Shown: positions 50,351-62,200 of the stretch, piece by piece
How positions within the stretch are numbered: position 1 is the stretch's first letter
Layout: each line of letters starts with the position of its first letter
Assembly: GCA_963811575.1 (NCBI GenBank)
Contig: CAWERY010000015.1
Location: forward strand, 8,325 to 72,324
Reading direction: 5' to 3'
From: an uncultured Solibacteraceae bacterium
Lineage (GTDB): Bacteria; Acidobacteriota; Terriglobia; Bryobacterales; Bryobacteraceae
Length of the DNA: 64,000 bases
Translations under genes and position numbers: made by a program
The notes under the pieces: model-generated
The model's database searches: none
What the model was told of the DNA's origin: nothing
The model's input: the letters and a program-made list of their open reading frames with translations, nothing else

Positions 50351-53300
50351 ATGATCAAAACCGTGCTCCTTCTCTACGCGGCACTGGCTGCCTCATTCGC
50401 TCAGCCGGTAGATCCCAATCTCTATGCTGGAATCGAGTGGAGGCTGGTGGGACCGCATCGTGCCGGCAAGGCTACCTCCGCCTCGGGTATTCCGGGTAAC
50501 CCGGCGGTGTACTACTTCGGCACCGCTGGAAGCGGTGTGTGGAAGACGGTCGATGGCGGGCAGACGTGGGCTTGCGTCAGCGATGCGGTCCGCCTCACCG
50601 GCATCGGCGCGGTTGCTGTCGCTCCCTCGCGCCCCGATACGGTCTACGTAGGAGCTTCGGGCACGGGACCCACCGCCGGGCTTTACCGCTCCACGGACGC
50701 GCGGAGGTCATTGGGAACTGGTCACGCTCCAGGGACATGCGGTGGCGTCGATTGTGATCGATCCGCGCAATTCCGATCTGGTGTTGGCGGCGGCCGGGGA
50801 TACCGGCGTCATGCGGACTGCCGATGGCGGCAAGACCTGGAACTCCGTGCTGCCCGATTCGAAGGTAGGCGCGGTGTGGCTGGTCTTCGACCCCGACGAC
50901 CCGCGGAACCTGTATGCCGGGACGCGCCCCGCCGGCGCCGGTGGTCCGGGGGGAGGCGGCGGTGGCCGGGGCGCTGCACCGGTGACCACTCCCGCGACGG
51001 ATTCGCAGATCTATCGCTCCAGCGACGAAGGTCTGACCTGGATCAAGACGAGCCCGGACGGGCTTCCGGGCGGCAACTTCGGGACGATCTCGCTGGGCGT
51101 GGCCGCTGGGACCAGAGGACAGCGGGTATACGATTATGTCGCGCAGGGCCTCTTCCGCTCCGACGATGGCGGCGCACACTGGAGCCGCGCCACGGACGAT
51201 CCGCGCCTGATCGGAGGCGGTCAGTTCCATGATGTGACGGTGGACCCGCGCAATCCGAACATCCTGTTTGCGACGCAGACCTCCCTCTATCGTTCCGTTG
51301 ATGCGGGCAAGACTTGGGAATCCTACACTGGAGCGCCCAGCGGCGCCGATTTCAACTACCTTTGGATCGACCCCACCGACGACAAATACATGATTCTCGC
51401 GACGGATCAAGGCGCCGGAGTCAGCATGAACGCGGGGCGGACCTGGACCACCTGGTACAACCAGCCCACCGGCCAGATGTACAACGTCACGACGGACCAC
51501 GGCTTTCCCTTCTTCCTCTACTCTGCGCAGCAGGACAGCGGCACCATCGCCACGCCCATCTTCGGCCGGGGCGGCCAGATCACCTACCGCGACTGGTACA
51601 CCACCAATGGTTTCGAAACCGCGCGGATCGTGCCGGATGCGGCTGATTCGAATTATTTGTATGCCACCGGTTGGTACGGTTCCATTCTGCGCATCAATAA
51701 AAATACCGGACAGACGCAGCACGTTTTTGAGCGTACGGCGAAGTATCGCGAAAACGGCTCGCCCCCGATGGGCTTCGCGCCGTCCGACCCGAAGACGTTC
51801 TATCTGGCTACGCAATTTCTGTTGGCCACGCGAGACAAGGGCATGACGTGGCAGGCAGTGAGCCCCGACCTGACCGCTACCGCCGGCGATGACGCGCCGG
51901 CGGCCGCGGGCGGACGGGGCGGGCGCGGGGGCGGCGCCGCAATCAGCGCACTGGCGTTCTCACCCGGGGATGCGAAAGAAATCTGGGCGGGAACGAGCAA
52001 TGGCCGGCTCCAACTCTCACGCGATGGCGGCGCTCATTGGAGCAACGTGGCATCGGGTGAGATGGCGCAAGGCGGAGCTGTGACCACGGTGGAGGCATCG
52101 CCCAGCGACCCGGCCCGCGCGTTTGCGCTGTTGGGTCCGCCAGCGCGGCGGCGGCAGGGGCGCCACCGCCACTGCTCCGCCGCGCATCTACCGCACCGAC
52201 GACTACGGCAAGAGTTGGAAGCTGATGAACAACGGGCTGCCCAACAGCGCGGCACATGCGGTTCGCGAGGATCCCGGGGATCGCAACCTGGTCTTCGCGG
52301 CGCTCGATAGCGGGGTCTTTGTCTCCTTCAACGGAGGCGGCGACTGGCAATCGCTGGAACTGAATCTGCCCGCTGCTTCGTGCCGCGACCTGGCGATCGA
52401 GCAGAACCACCTGATTGTCGCCACCTTCGGGCGCGCCCTGTGGGCCATCGACAATCTAAATCCCCTGCGCGAACTCGCCGCGAAATCTGCGCAAGTGTCG
52501 GCGTCGAATACCTACCTGTTCGCGCCGGCGCCGGCGGTCCGCATGCAGTGGGACACGTACACGGACACGCCGTTGAGCCCGGAATTGCCCGCTGCGGCGA
52601 ATCCGCCGGACGGGGCCGTGATCGACTATTATTTGAAGTCGCCGCCGGCCGGCGAGATCACGATGGAGATCTACGATCCGGCGGGAAAACTCGTGCGCTC
52701 CTATTCCAGTGCCGGCGCAGCTTCGCTGGGATATAAGGTGAATGTGCCGGACTATCTGGCTGGCGCCCGCGTCGGTGCTGCCAAAGACAGCCGGGCTCCA
52801 TCGCTTTGTCTGGGATCTTCGCTATCCCGACCCCGAGCAACTTCTCTACACCTACTACGGGGTGCACGTCGATTACTTCGAGTACACGCTGGCGGACCAT
52901 GCCATTCCGCATAACACGCCATGGCACGAGCCGCAGGGGCCGATGGTGTTGCCCGGACAATACGAAATCCGGCTCACTGCCGGCGGACAGACACTGCGCC
53001 AGCCGATCACGGTGACGCTCGATCCGCGGCTGAGCGTCTCCGTGCAGGAACTGCGGCAACAGTTGGAGCTGGCACAAAGGATCGCCGCCGCAATGGGCGC
53101 AACTTACCACGGCTACAATCAGGCAATGCAATTGCACGCCGACCTTGGATCGCGGCTGGCGGCTCTCAAGCAACTGGGTAAATCACCAGAGGCAATCTCA
53201 GCCGCTGAGACGCTGGATGGCAAAGCGCAGGAATTAGCGAATGCCGCCGCACCGGCCGTGGGGCTGGGGCCGATGAATCGCGATCTGACACGCCTGATGA

Positions 53301-53506
53301 TTGCCGTAGGCCAGTCCGACACGCCGCCGGCCGAGATGCTGAAGGAAGCCTTCGATGGCATGTGCGGCGACACCAAGGCAGCGCTGGCGCGATGGGGAGA
53401 ATTGCTTACAGTTGACGTGCCAAGATTGAACGCGTTATTGGTTCCGCAGGGAATCCCGGCGCTACCCGCGCCCCGAGGAATTGCAGGCGGGTATTGCGGA
53501 CAGTGA
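50351..53506 (+). pseudogene. secreted BNR/Asp-box (sortilin/VPS10-like) repeat protein, three frame breaks
   Basis: Signal peptide MIKTVLLLYAALAASFA. Repeated S.D.G.TW Asp-boxes (KTVDGGQTW, RTADGGKTW, RSSDEGLTW, RSDDGGAHW, RSVDAGKTW, TRDKGMTW, SRDGGAHW, RTDDYGKSW). Frames 2>0>1>2, with breaks at ~50700, ~52145 and ~52756. Confidence 0.8.
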
Positions 53507-53524
53507 GGAATCGTGAGTCCGCTG

Positions 53525-55867
53525 CTACGCTGTGTTGCTATCGAGTACATCGCGAAGGCGGCGAAGCAGCTCTTCCCGGGTAAAGGGCTTCTGGATGAAG
53601 TTAGGCTGCGAGCGCAGCGACTCACTACCTTCACTCAGGTCCGGGTAGCCCGACATGTACAAAATTTTCGTGTCCGGCCGGGTAGTTAGCAAACGCTCCG
53701 CCAATCGATGTCCGGACATGTTCGGCATAACGACATCGGTGAGCAATAAATGGATTTGGCGAGCGTCATCGCGAGCCAGTTGAAAGGCCTCCTCGCCGTT
53801 GCTCGCGAGGAGCACCCGGTATCCGGCGCTTTCGATTACCTGGCAAATCTTCTCTCGCAGCGCTGGTTCATCTTCGACGAGTAGGATAGTCTCGGAGCCG
53901 CCCCGGGGCCGCCCCAGTTCGCGCTGGAGAATCGGTTGAGGAATTTCCAGTGCGGCGGGCAGGTAGACTCTGAACTCGGTCCCGCGATCCGGCTCACTCG
54001 ACACCGTAATGAAGCCGCCGCTCTGCCTCACAATTCCGTAAACGACCGAAAGGCCCAGCCCGGTCCCTCTTCCGATCGCCTTCGTGGTGAAGAACGGCTC
54101 AAAGATCCGCGCCTGCGTCGCCGTATCCATCCCATGACCGGTGTCCCTGACCACGAGCATGGCGTATCGACCTGGGCGCGCGTCCGGGATTAATCGAGTC
54201 TCGGATTCATCGAATTCCACATTCGCCGATTCCACTATGAAGGCGCCGCCTTGTGGCATTGCATCCCGCGCGTTCACCGCCAGATTCATGATGACCTGCA
54301 CGAGCTGCCCACGATCGGCCTTCACAAGGCACAATTCCGAACCAGGATTGAAGGTTACGGTGACGTCCTCGCCGATCAAACGCTGTACTAGTTTTTTGGC
54401 GTCGGCCGTGATGGAGTTTAGGTTCAAGACCTCGGTCTGCAGGACTTGTTTGCTGCTGAAGGCCATTAGCTGCTGGCCGAACGTGATGGCCTTCTCCGCG
54501 GCGTCCCGGATGGCGGCTACAGAATCGACGGCCGGCTCGCCGGTGCTCAGCTCTTCGAGAGCGGAATCCGCGTGGAGCAGGATAATGCTCATCAAGTTGT
54601 TGTAGTCGTGGGCGAGGCCGCCCGTCAGACGCCCGATGGATTCGAGTCTCTGTGCCTGCCGGAGCCGCTCGTCGGCCTGCTTGCTGTCGGTGATATTGAT
54701 GTTCACGCCGGTCATTCGTAGCGGCGTGCCAGCCGCGTCTTTGAAGACCTGCCAGCGCCCCTTCAACCAATGAACGCTGCCATCTGGCCACACCACTCGC
54801 CATTCACCCTCGGTGGGTGCACCGGTCTCGAATGCCTGGTTGACGAGTTCCAGGGCGCCGGGCCGATCCTCGGGATAGATGAGCTGCTCCCACGCCGACT
54901 GTGTCCGGGCAAAGCCGCCCTCCGGCAGGCCATACATCGCTTCCAGCTCGCGTGCCCACACGTTGACGCCGGTCTGGATGTTCCACTCAAAGGTGCCGAC
55001 CTGCGACACCTGCTGTGCCAGTTTCATCCGCGCGACGGAGGCGAGCAGAGCGTCCTCGGCGTTGCGTCGAAGCAGGTCGATACTCTGCACCTTTGAAGTG
55101 GCGATCCAGAGCACAGTGATCGCCGTCAGAATATTAATCGAAAGCACGGCAACTTTGCCGGCGCTGTCGTAGATCTGGAAATGAGCGAAAACTAGCCCTA
55201 AGATCGTATTCAGCACGGGAAGGGTCATCGCCGCCGGCATCAGGCTACGGGCGATAATGCCGGCGGGGCCGCGATCTTGCAGCAGCGGCACGAAATGGCC
55301 GTTCTGTCCGGAGGTCAGTAGAGTGGCTGCCGCGAGTATTCCGAGAATTCCGGCAACGGGCGAGATACTTCGCGGCGACGCCGTGCCCCATTCACTTACA
55401 ACGGAAATGAATCCGAAGTAACACATGATGAGGACCGCAATCGCACCCCATTCCCGGATCAGAACGATGGCTCTATTTCGAGAGCGGACGAGAAACATGA
55501 CTGCACCAAGGAGGCAAAAACGAAGGCCTGCGATGGGTGCGGGCCGCCCTGGTAACAAGGCGTCCGGCGGCAAGTGGGAAGGAAAGATCAGCCTGTCGAA
55601 CGCGCTGGAACCGGCGCCGGCCAAATATTCAATGCAAACGATCGCGCCTATGGCAAATACCAATGTGGCGCCGACGCGCACCACTGCTCCATTGTCCTTA
55701 GTCGCGTCCACCCAAAGGGAACAACCGAGAGCGAGGTACGCGAATGATGACCATGGCGTCATGAGGTTAGGACTGGCGACGTGACCGGCACCAAAAAGCC
55801 CCAGGAAGGCGAGCGCTGTAAGAATAACGATTGCCGCCGTCGCCTTGCTGAAGGAGTGGATATTCAT
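53525..55867 (-). CDS. membrane-bound PAS sensor hybrid histidine kinase/response regulator
   Basis: Start at the internal Met (MNIHSF...). About 8 TM segments, then a PAS domain. H-box GGLAHDYNNLMS, HATPase GTGLGLSVVYG, C-terminal REC ILLVEDE...LLLTDVVMPNMSG...KP. Confidence 0.85.
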   Translation of the reverse strand: MNIHSFSKATAAIVILTALAFLGLFGAGHVASPNLMTPWSSFAYLALGCSLWVDATKDNGAVVRVGATLVFAIGAIVCIEYLAGAGSSAFDRLIFPSHLPPDALLPGRPAPIAGLRFCLLGAVMFLVRSRNRAIVLIREWGAIAVLIMCYFGFISVVSEWGTASPRSISPVAGILGILAAATLLTSGQNGHFVPLLQDRGPAGIIARSLMPAAMTLPVLNTILGLVFAHFQIYDSAGKVAVLSINILTAITVLWIATSKVQSIDLLRRNAEDALLASVARMKLAQQVSQVGTFEWNIQTGVNVWARELEAMYGLPEGGFARTQSAWEQLIYPEDRPGALELVNQAFETGAPTEGEWRVVWPDGSVHWLKGRWQVFKDAAGTPLRMTGVNINITDSKQADERLRQAQRLESIGRLTGGLAHDYNNLMSIILLHADSALEELSTGEPAVDSVAAIRDAAEKAITFGQQLMAFSSKQVLQTEVLNLNSITADAKKLVQRLIGEDVTVTFNPGSELCLVKADRGQLVQVIMNLAVNARDAMPQGGAFIVESANVEFDESETRLIPDARPGRYAMLVVRDTGHGMDTATQARIFEPFFTTKAIGRGTGLGLSVVYGIVRQSGGFITVSSEPDRGTEFRVYLPAALEIPQPILQRELGRPRGGSETILLVEDEPALREKICQVIESAGYRVLLASNGEEAFQLARDDARQIHLLLTDVVMPNMSGHRLAERLLTTRPDTKILYMSGYPDLSEGSESLRSQPNFIQKPFTREELLRRLRDVLDSNTA

Positions 55868-56044
55868 GCCGGTTCCCGTATCGTCATCGGGCCAAAATGA
55901 TGCTCCAAATCTTACCAGGAAAGAACGCAATCCGGGTCTGGAATTACGCCGAATTAGCGGTGGGTCGAGACGCAACTTCCTCAACTGGGCGCCAGGGAGC
56001 AAATCCGCCGATATGGCGTCAGGCAGCCCTAACGAGTGTGGAGA

Positions 56045-56779
56045 TCAATTCTGCAACGGAATTCTTTGGACGCTATCGATGACCAGAATATCGATGGGTT
56101 GTTTACGCGCCTCGAGCTTCAATCCGAGGTCGTTCTGGACGGCAGTGAAGACGGACGGGCCGGTCGATTCCGCAGGTGGAGGGTTGCCTCCGAAGCCAAG
56201 CCCGGAGAGATCGATGGTGAAATCATATGTGCCTTTGAGCCCCGTCCAGTCAAGAACCGGGCGATCCAACCGGCGGGTCAGCATGAAAGTAAATCGCGAG
56301 ACTGGCTGATTATGGAATGTGACTGCCGTCGGACCGCCGTTGATGGCCGGCTCGCCTGAGGACTCCTTGAACTTAGGGGCGGCCTTGCCCGGCATCAGCA
56401 AATAACAGGAAATCTCCTTCTTCTCCGTGTGGCTCTTCATCTGGAAGCGATCTACGATAAGCGCCTGTACCATCGCCCGGATTTTGTCCGCGGACACGGG
56501 TTCCTCTGCCTTCGCCACGATGTCGTACCGTTCCTCCGCCTTGATCCATTCAGGGCCCGAGATCTCAAAATCCTTGAGGTTATACGCCCATTCGAGCACA
56601 TACCGCAAGGGGACGTTGTACATGGCGAAGTGCCCAGGGTTGCTATCCATGTTGCGTGGGATGTCGCCGGGATTGGGCCCGCTGGTGACGCGCTTTACCG
56701 ACGCCACTTCGAACACAGGATGGGACTGCCCAAAGACCGCGGACACGGAAACAGCCATCAAGGTAACGACTAACTTCAT
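56045..56779 (-). CDS. TIGR03435-family secreted protein (Solibacter-type)
   Basis: AAGGAGG Shine-Dalgarno 5 nt upstream of ATG 56779. Signal peptide. FEVASVKR...RYVLEWAYN...GP.W......YDI.AK...LDWTGL.G.YDF.L pattern characteristic of this family. Confidence 0.75.
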   Translation of the reverse strand: MKLVVTLMAVSVSAVFGQSHPVFEVASVKRVTSGPNPGDIPRNMDSNPGHFAMYNVPLRYVLEWAYNLKDFEISGPEWIKAEERYDIVAKAEEPVSADKIRAMVQALIVDRFQMKSHTEKKEISCYLLMPGKAAPKFKESSGEPAINGGPTAVTFHNQPVSRFTFMLTRRLDRPVLDWTGLKGTYDFTIDLSGLGFGGNPPPAESTGPSVFTAVQNDLGLKLEARKQPIDILVIDSVQRIPLQN

Positions 56780-56907
56780 TCGAACCTCCTTAGAACCTCG
56801 GCCTTGCGTCGCGAGATTTCTTAGGGTAGCGCTAGAAGGTGGCGATCGCAAACACAAAAGGCGGCAACGGGATGCGTTCATCGTCTATTCATCTGGTTTG
56901 AGGCAGA

Positions 56908-57984
56908 ATGATGGGCACCGGAGGCTGCATGATCAGACGCGCATTCACTTCACCTGGGCTTTTCTTTGCCACCACCCTGGCTGTAACTTGTATCGGGCAG
57001 GCGCAGCAGTTCAAGACTGAAAAGTTTGATATCAAAGGGGAAGGCGGCACAGACTATGTCGCCGTCGAAGCCGCGACGGGGCGCGTCTTCGTCTCGCGTG
57101 GTACGCACATGATGGTGGTTGATGGCCCGACCGGCAAAGTTGTCGGCGATATCCCGAACACTCCGGGCGTACACGGCGCCGGCATCGCTACAAAAGCCGG
57201 TCACGGATTTACGACGAATAGCGGCGATCAGAATGTCACGATGTTCGACCTCAAGACTTTGGCGGTTATCAAACAGATCAAAGTTGGCCCGGGTCTTGAC
57301 GGCATTATGTATGATGAGCCCGATGACAAGATCATTCTGACGAATCATAGCCGCCCGATTGGAACGCTCACCGCGATCGATCCCAATACCGGTGACATCG
57401 TGGCTACAGTCGAGCTCGAAGACACCGCACCGGAAGGCGCGGCGGCGGATGGCAAGGGTCACGTCTTTGTCAACAACGAAAGTAAGAACACGATCCAAGT
57501 AATCGATGTGAAGACGTGGAAGGCCACCGCGTCATGGCCGCTCGCACCGTGCGAAGGGCCCACAGGCATCGCGTACGATAAGGCGTCGAACCGTATTTTC
57601 GCGGGTTGCAACAAAACATCCGTGGTGGTTGATGCAAGCACGGGCAAAGTGGTCGCTTCCATCACGAACGGGACGCGTGTGGACGCTCTGGGATGGGACG
57701 CGACGAAGAAACTGATTTTCATTCCGAACGGAGGCGAGGGCAACGTCACAGTGGTGCACCAGGATTCTCCGGACAAGTACACCGTGGTGGCGACGGTTCC
57801 CACGTTCGCCGGCGCAAAGACGATCGCTGTGGACCCGAAGACGCACAACGCGTACTTGTTCCAGCCCGAGCGCGGTCCCGCTCCGCCGCCTGCCGCTGAC
57901 GCGCCGCCTCCGCCAGCCGGTGGCCGCGGCCGTGGGCCACAGGGTCCCATCGTCGCTGCGTGGTTTATCGCCATCAAGCAGTAA
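56908..57984 (+). CDS. secreted YVTN-family beta-propeller repeat protein
   Basis: Signal peptide. Repeated ...G..P.G.A.D......(F/Y)V.N blades. C-terminal Pro/Gly/Arg-rich tail PPPPAGGRGRGPQGP. Alternative start ATG 56929, preceded by GGAGG. Confidence 0.7.
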   Translation: MMGTGGCMIRRAFTSPGLFFATTLAVTCIGQAQQFKTEKFDIKGEGGTDYVAVEAATGRVFVSRGTHMMVVDGPTGKVVGDIPNTPGVHGAGIATKAGHGFTTNSGDQNVTMFDLKTLAVIKQIKVGPGLDGIMYDEPDDKIILTNHSRPIGTLTAIDPNTGDIVATVELEDTAPEGAAADGKGHVFVNNESKNTIQVIDVKTWKATASWPLAPCEGPTGIAYDKASNRIFAGCNKTSVVVDASTGKVVASITNGTRVDALGWDATKKLIFIPNGGEGNVTVVHQDSPDKYTVVATVPTFAGAKTIAVDPKTHNAYLFQPERGPAPPPAADAPPPPAGGRGRGPQGPIVAAWFIAIKQ

Positions 57985-58033
57985 GCGACACGCTGACATG
58001 ACGGTGCGATTCTTGGGCAGGAGAAGGGTTGAG

Positions 58034-59062
58034 ATGAGAATCACCGTGCTCCTGACGGCCATGATCTTTCTTGGGTTGGCGGGCCGGCCGCCACTTCTTG
58101 CGCAGGCAGGGTGGCAGGTTGTGAAGACATTCCCAATCGGCGGCCAAGGCGGATGGGATTATCTCACGGCGGACCCACAGGCGCATCGGCTCTATGTTCC
58201 ACGGACTACCCACACGATGGTGATCGACACCGAGTCGGGTAAGACGATTGCGGATATTCCAGCGCAAAAAAACGCGCACGGCGTGGCGCTGGCAAAGGCC
58301 GCGGGGCGCGGGTTTATCAGCGACGGGGGCGGTGACGGTGCGATTGTAATCTTCGACCTGAAGACGAACGCCGTGCTTGGTTCACTGGCCGCGATGCCGG
58401 ACGCCGACGGGATTATTTTCGATTCCACTAGCGGACACGTCCTGGTGGTGTCTGGTCGCGGGAAAGCGCTGATGTCGTTCAAGCCCGACATCGACCCCAC
58501 GCATGGAAAGATCGACGAACCGATCGCTCTCCGTGGGGAGCCTGAGTTCCTGGCGGCTGATACGGCCGGCAGGGTGTACATCAATCTGATGGACACGCAC
58601 GAAGTCGCGGTGGTCGATTTCAAGACGAGGAAGGTAATCGCGAACTGGCCGGTGGCTCCAGGCGGGCTGCCCGTAGGGATGGCATTAGATGCCGGGAAGG
58701 GGCGGCTTTTCATTGGATGCCGAGGGCCCCGGAAATTGATCGTCATGAGCACCGCGGACGGGAAGGTGCTGTCGGATCTACCGATCGGAGAGAATGTCGA
58801 TGCGATCAAGCTCGACAGGAACCTGGCATTTGCCAGCACCGCCGGATCGCAGCTCTTTGTGATGGGTGAGACATCCCCCGGAAAATACTCACTCGTACAG
58901 ACGGTGAAAACCGGCGAGGGTGCGAGAACCATGGAAGTGGACCCCTCCACCCACAGGATCTATCTGCCGGCTGCTGAGTACGAGGCGGACGCGAGCGGCA
59001 AGAGGACTGTAAAACCAGGCACTTTCAGGATTCTCGTGGTGGCGCACCAGGGCGTGAAATAG
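58034..59062 (+). CDS. secreted YVTN-family beta-propeller repeat protein (tandem paralog)
   Basis: Signal peptide MRITVLLTAMIFLGLAG. Collinear with the preceding gene (GGQGGWDYLTADPQAHRLYVPRTTH vs GEGGTDYVAVEAATGRVFVSRGTH). Confidence 0.7.
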   Translation: MRITVLLTAMIFLGLAGRPPLLAQAGWQVVKTFPIGGQGGWDYLTADPQAHRLYVPRTTHTMVIDTESGKTIADIPAQKNAHGVALAKAAGRGFISDGGGDGAIVIFDLKTNAVLGSLAAMPDADGIIFDSTSGHVLVVSGRGKALMSFKPDIDPTHGKIDEPIALRGEPEFLAADTAGRVYINLMDTHEVAVVDFKTRKVIANWPVAPGGLPVGMALDAGKGRLFIGCRGPRKLIVMSTADGKVLSDLPIGENVDAIKLDRNLAFASTAGSQLFVMGETSPGKYSLVQTVKTGEGARTMEVDPSTHRIYLPAAEYEADASGKRTVKPGTFRILVVAHQGVK

Positions 59063-59264
59063 CTGAAACACGTCCGGATGACCCGCGATTCGTCATTCGT
59101 CGGATAACAGTGAAAATCCGGAACCGGCCATTACTAAAGTAATAACTCTTTAGAGTCATCCAGGCTCAAATCATGAAGAGTCATTCATTTCATTTAACGC
59201 ATAACTAATGGCGCTTACCCGTGCGGTGCGTTACAGTCTGGTTATCCGCTTTGGAGGTAAGGTC

Positions 59265-62200
59265 TTGAAGTTCAGCGTTCTAGTTGCGTTGTTTTTAGCG
59301 ATTCCCCTTGCGTTGTTTTCGCAGGAGTATCGGGGCACCATCGGTGGCGCGGTTACTGATTCGACGGGGGCCACGATTGCGGCCGCAAAGGTCATAGTGA
59401 CCGAGATCGAAACCGGCGCGAAGGCAGAAACCGTTTCGGACAATGCCGGGCATTACGCCGTGCCGTTCCTGGCACCGGGCAATTATTCGATTGCAGTCAC
59501 GATAAGCGGCTTCAAGGAATTTGTGCGCAAGGGTGTGCACTTGGGCGCGGGCGACCACGTGGGTGTGGACGCGAGACTGGAAGTCGGTGAAGTGACACAG
59601 TCCGTAGAGGTCACGGCCGACGTTTCGATTGTCAATGCGGAGAGCGCCTCGGTCGGACAGGCGGTAACGACGAAAGAAGTGGACGAGTTGCCTCTCAACG
59701 GACGGACTCCGGCCGTCCTGGCGACGCTGGCATTGGGCGTTCTACCTACGGGCCAGCCTTCGCTTATCCATCCTTTCGATAGCGGCGCCGGCAATGCATG
59801 GAGCGTCGCCGGAACTCCGGCGCAGACCAGCGAAACGATGGTGGACGGCGTTCCGAACGCAACGTGGGACGGACGTCTCGCCTACAGCCTGCCGCAGGAT
59901 GCGGTGCAGGAAGTGCGGGTCAAAGCGTTCGATTCCGACGCGTCGTTCGGCCACACCGGCGGCGGCACGCTGAATCAGGTCATGAAGACCGGGACCAACA
60001 CGATTCACGGCACAGTTTGGGAATACAACCAGCCGAACACCCTGACGGCCAACGATTTCTTCAACAATGCCAAGGGCGTGCAGCGCCCAACCTCGCATTT
60101 GAATCAGTATGGATTGACCGCCGGCGGACCGATCTGGATTCCGAAAGTATTCAACGGTAAGAATAAGCTGTTCTGGTTTTTCGCTTTTGAAGGCATGAAG
60201 GATGGCCAGCCGAACCCGGTTTTCCTGACCATTCCGACGGCCGCCGAACGCACGGGCAACCTGTCTCAGATTTTGGCAGCCGACAAGACGCAGCTTTACG
60301 ATCCGTACAGCGCCGTGGTCAACGGAAGCACGATCACACGGTCGCCGATCCCCAACAACATTATTCCCACGAACGAATTGAATCCGGTGGCACTGGCCTA
60401 TCTGAAGTATTTCCCGCTGCCGAACGTGGCGGGCACGGCTGACGGCCAGCAGAACTATGGCAACAGCGCGACCACCAACGACAATTACAACAACGAAATG
60501 GGGCGGCTGGACTATAACATGTCTGAACTGAGCCGCCTGTCCTTCAACGTCCGAAAGACCGACTACAGCCAGACCAAGAATAACTACTTCGGTAACATCG
60601 CCGAGGGGTCCGTTCTGAAGCGCGCCAACTGGGGCGCCACCCTGGATGAAGTCTACACAATTAATGCCAGCAACGTGGTGGACGTGCGCGCCAATTTCAC
60701 GCGCATGGCGGAGAACCACGACATGCCCAGCGCAGGGTTCGATCCGACAACGCTCGGGCTTCCCTCGTATCTCGCCACGAACTCGCACTACCTGCAAATG
60801 CCGGTGGTCACGTTCAGCAGCAGTACCAACATGCAGGCGCTGAGCGCTACCGGCGCGGACCAGATCCCCTCGCAGTCTCTGCAGCTTTACGCCAGCTGGG
60901 TAAAGATCGTGGGGAATCATACCCTGAAATTCGGGACCGACGAACGGCAGTACCGGCTGAACACATTTACCGCGGGCAGTGGGAGCGGCCAGTTCTCGTT
61001 CTCCGGCAACAATTGGGTGAGAGCCAGCAGCAGCGCTTCCTCGACGGTTGCGGTGGGGCAGGATTATGCGTCATTCCTGTTTGGCCTACCCTATACCGCG
61101 AGCGCCTCCACTTACGACATCAACACCTACGCATCGTGGTACTCGTACTATGCTTCGGGGTTCGCTCAGGACGATTGGAGACTGAAGCGGAACCTGACGC
61201 TCAGCCTGGGACTTCGTTACGAGTGGGATGGTCCTTATCACGAAAAATACGGCCGCACGGTGAACGGTTACGATGCCACAACGCCGAGTCCGCTGGCTGC
61301 CGCGGCGACGGCTGCGTACGCCAAGGCTCCCTCCGCGCTGCTGCCGGCGAGCGCGTTCAATGTGTTGGGCGGCTTGACGTTCGCCACCCCCAACGACAAT
61401 GCGGTTTACCAGAACAGGTCGCACATGTTCAGCCCGCGCGCCAGCCTGGCGTGGTCTCCGGAACGGTTGCATGGGAAGACCGTGATCCGTGCCGGCTTTG
61501 GTGTCTTCGAATCGCCCGTAGCCATTTCCTACGTGGGCCCGGACGGCAAGTATTCCACCAGCCCGCGCACGCCGCTGGGACAGGAGGGCTTCAGCCAATC
61601 CACCGCACTTACGGCGACGGCCAACAACTATGCCCTGCCCGGCGCCGTCTCCCTCAGCAATCCGTTCCCGACCGGCTTCCTGCAACCCGCGGGATCGAGC
61701 CTGGGCTTGCTGACCTATGCCGGGCAGACGCTGCAGTTCCTGAATCCGAATACGCAGAACGGCTATTCGATACGCTGGGATTTTGACATCCAGCAAGAGC
61801 TGGCGCACAACCTGGCGCTGGAAGTCGCTTACATCGGCAACCATGCGCTGCATCTGCCGGTCAACGTAACCCAGCTCAACGGTATTCCGCGGCAGTACCT
61901 CAGCACGTTGGGAGTGCGCGATCCCGCGACCAATGCCCTGACCGCGTCCATCGCCAACCCCTTCTCGGGTCTTCAGACCAGCCAGAACACCGCGACCACC
62001 ACAGTGGCGCAGATTTTGGCGCGCTATCCGCAATTCCCCGTGGGCGATTCGGCGGGCGGCTGGAGCGGCAGCGGCGGAGTCCTGGAGTTCAACAACGACG
62101 TAGGGAGTTCGTACTTCAACAGCCTCAACGTCCACCTGACAAAGCGCACTTCCAAGGGCCTGATGCTGACGACCAACTTCATTTATTCGAAGATGATCGA

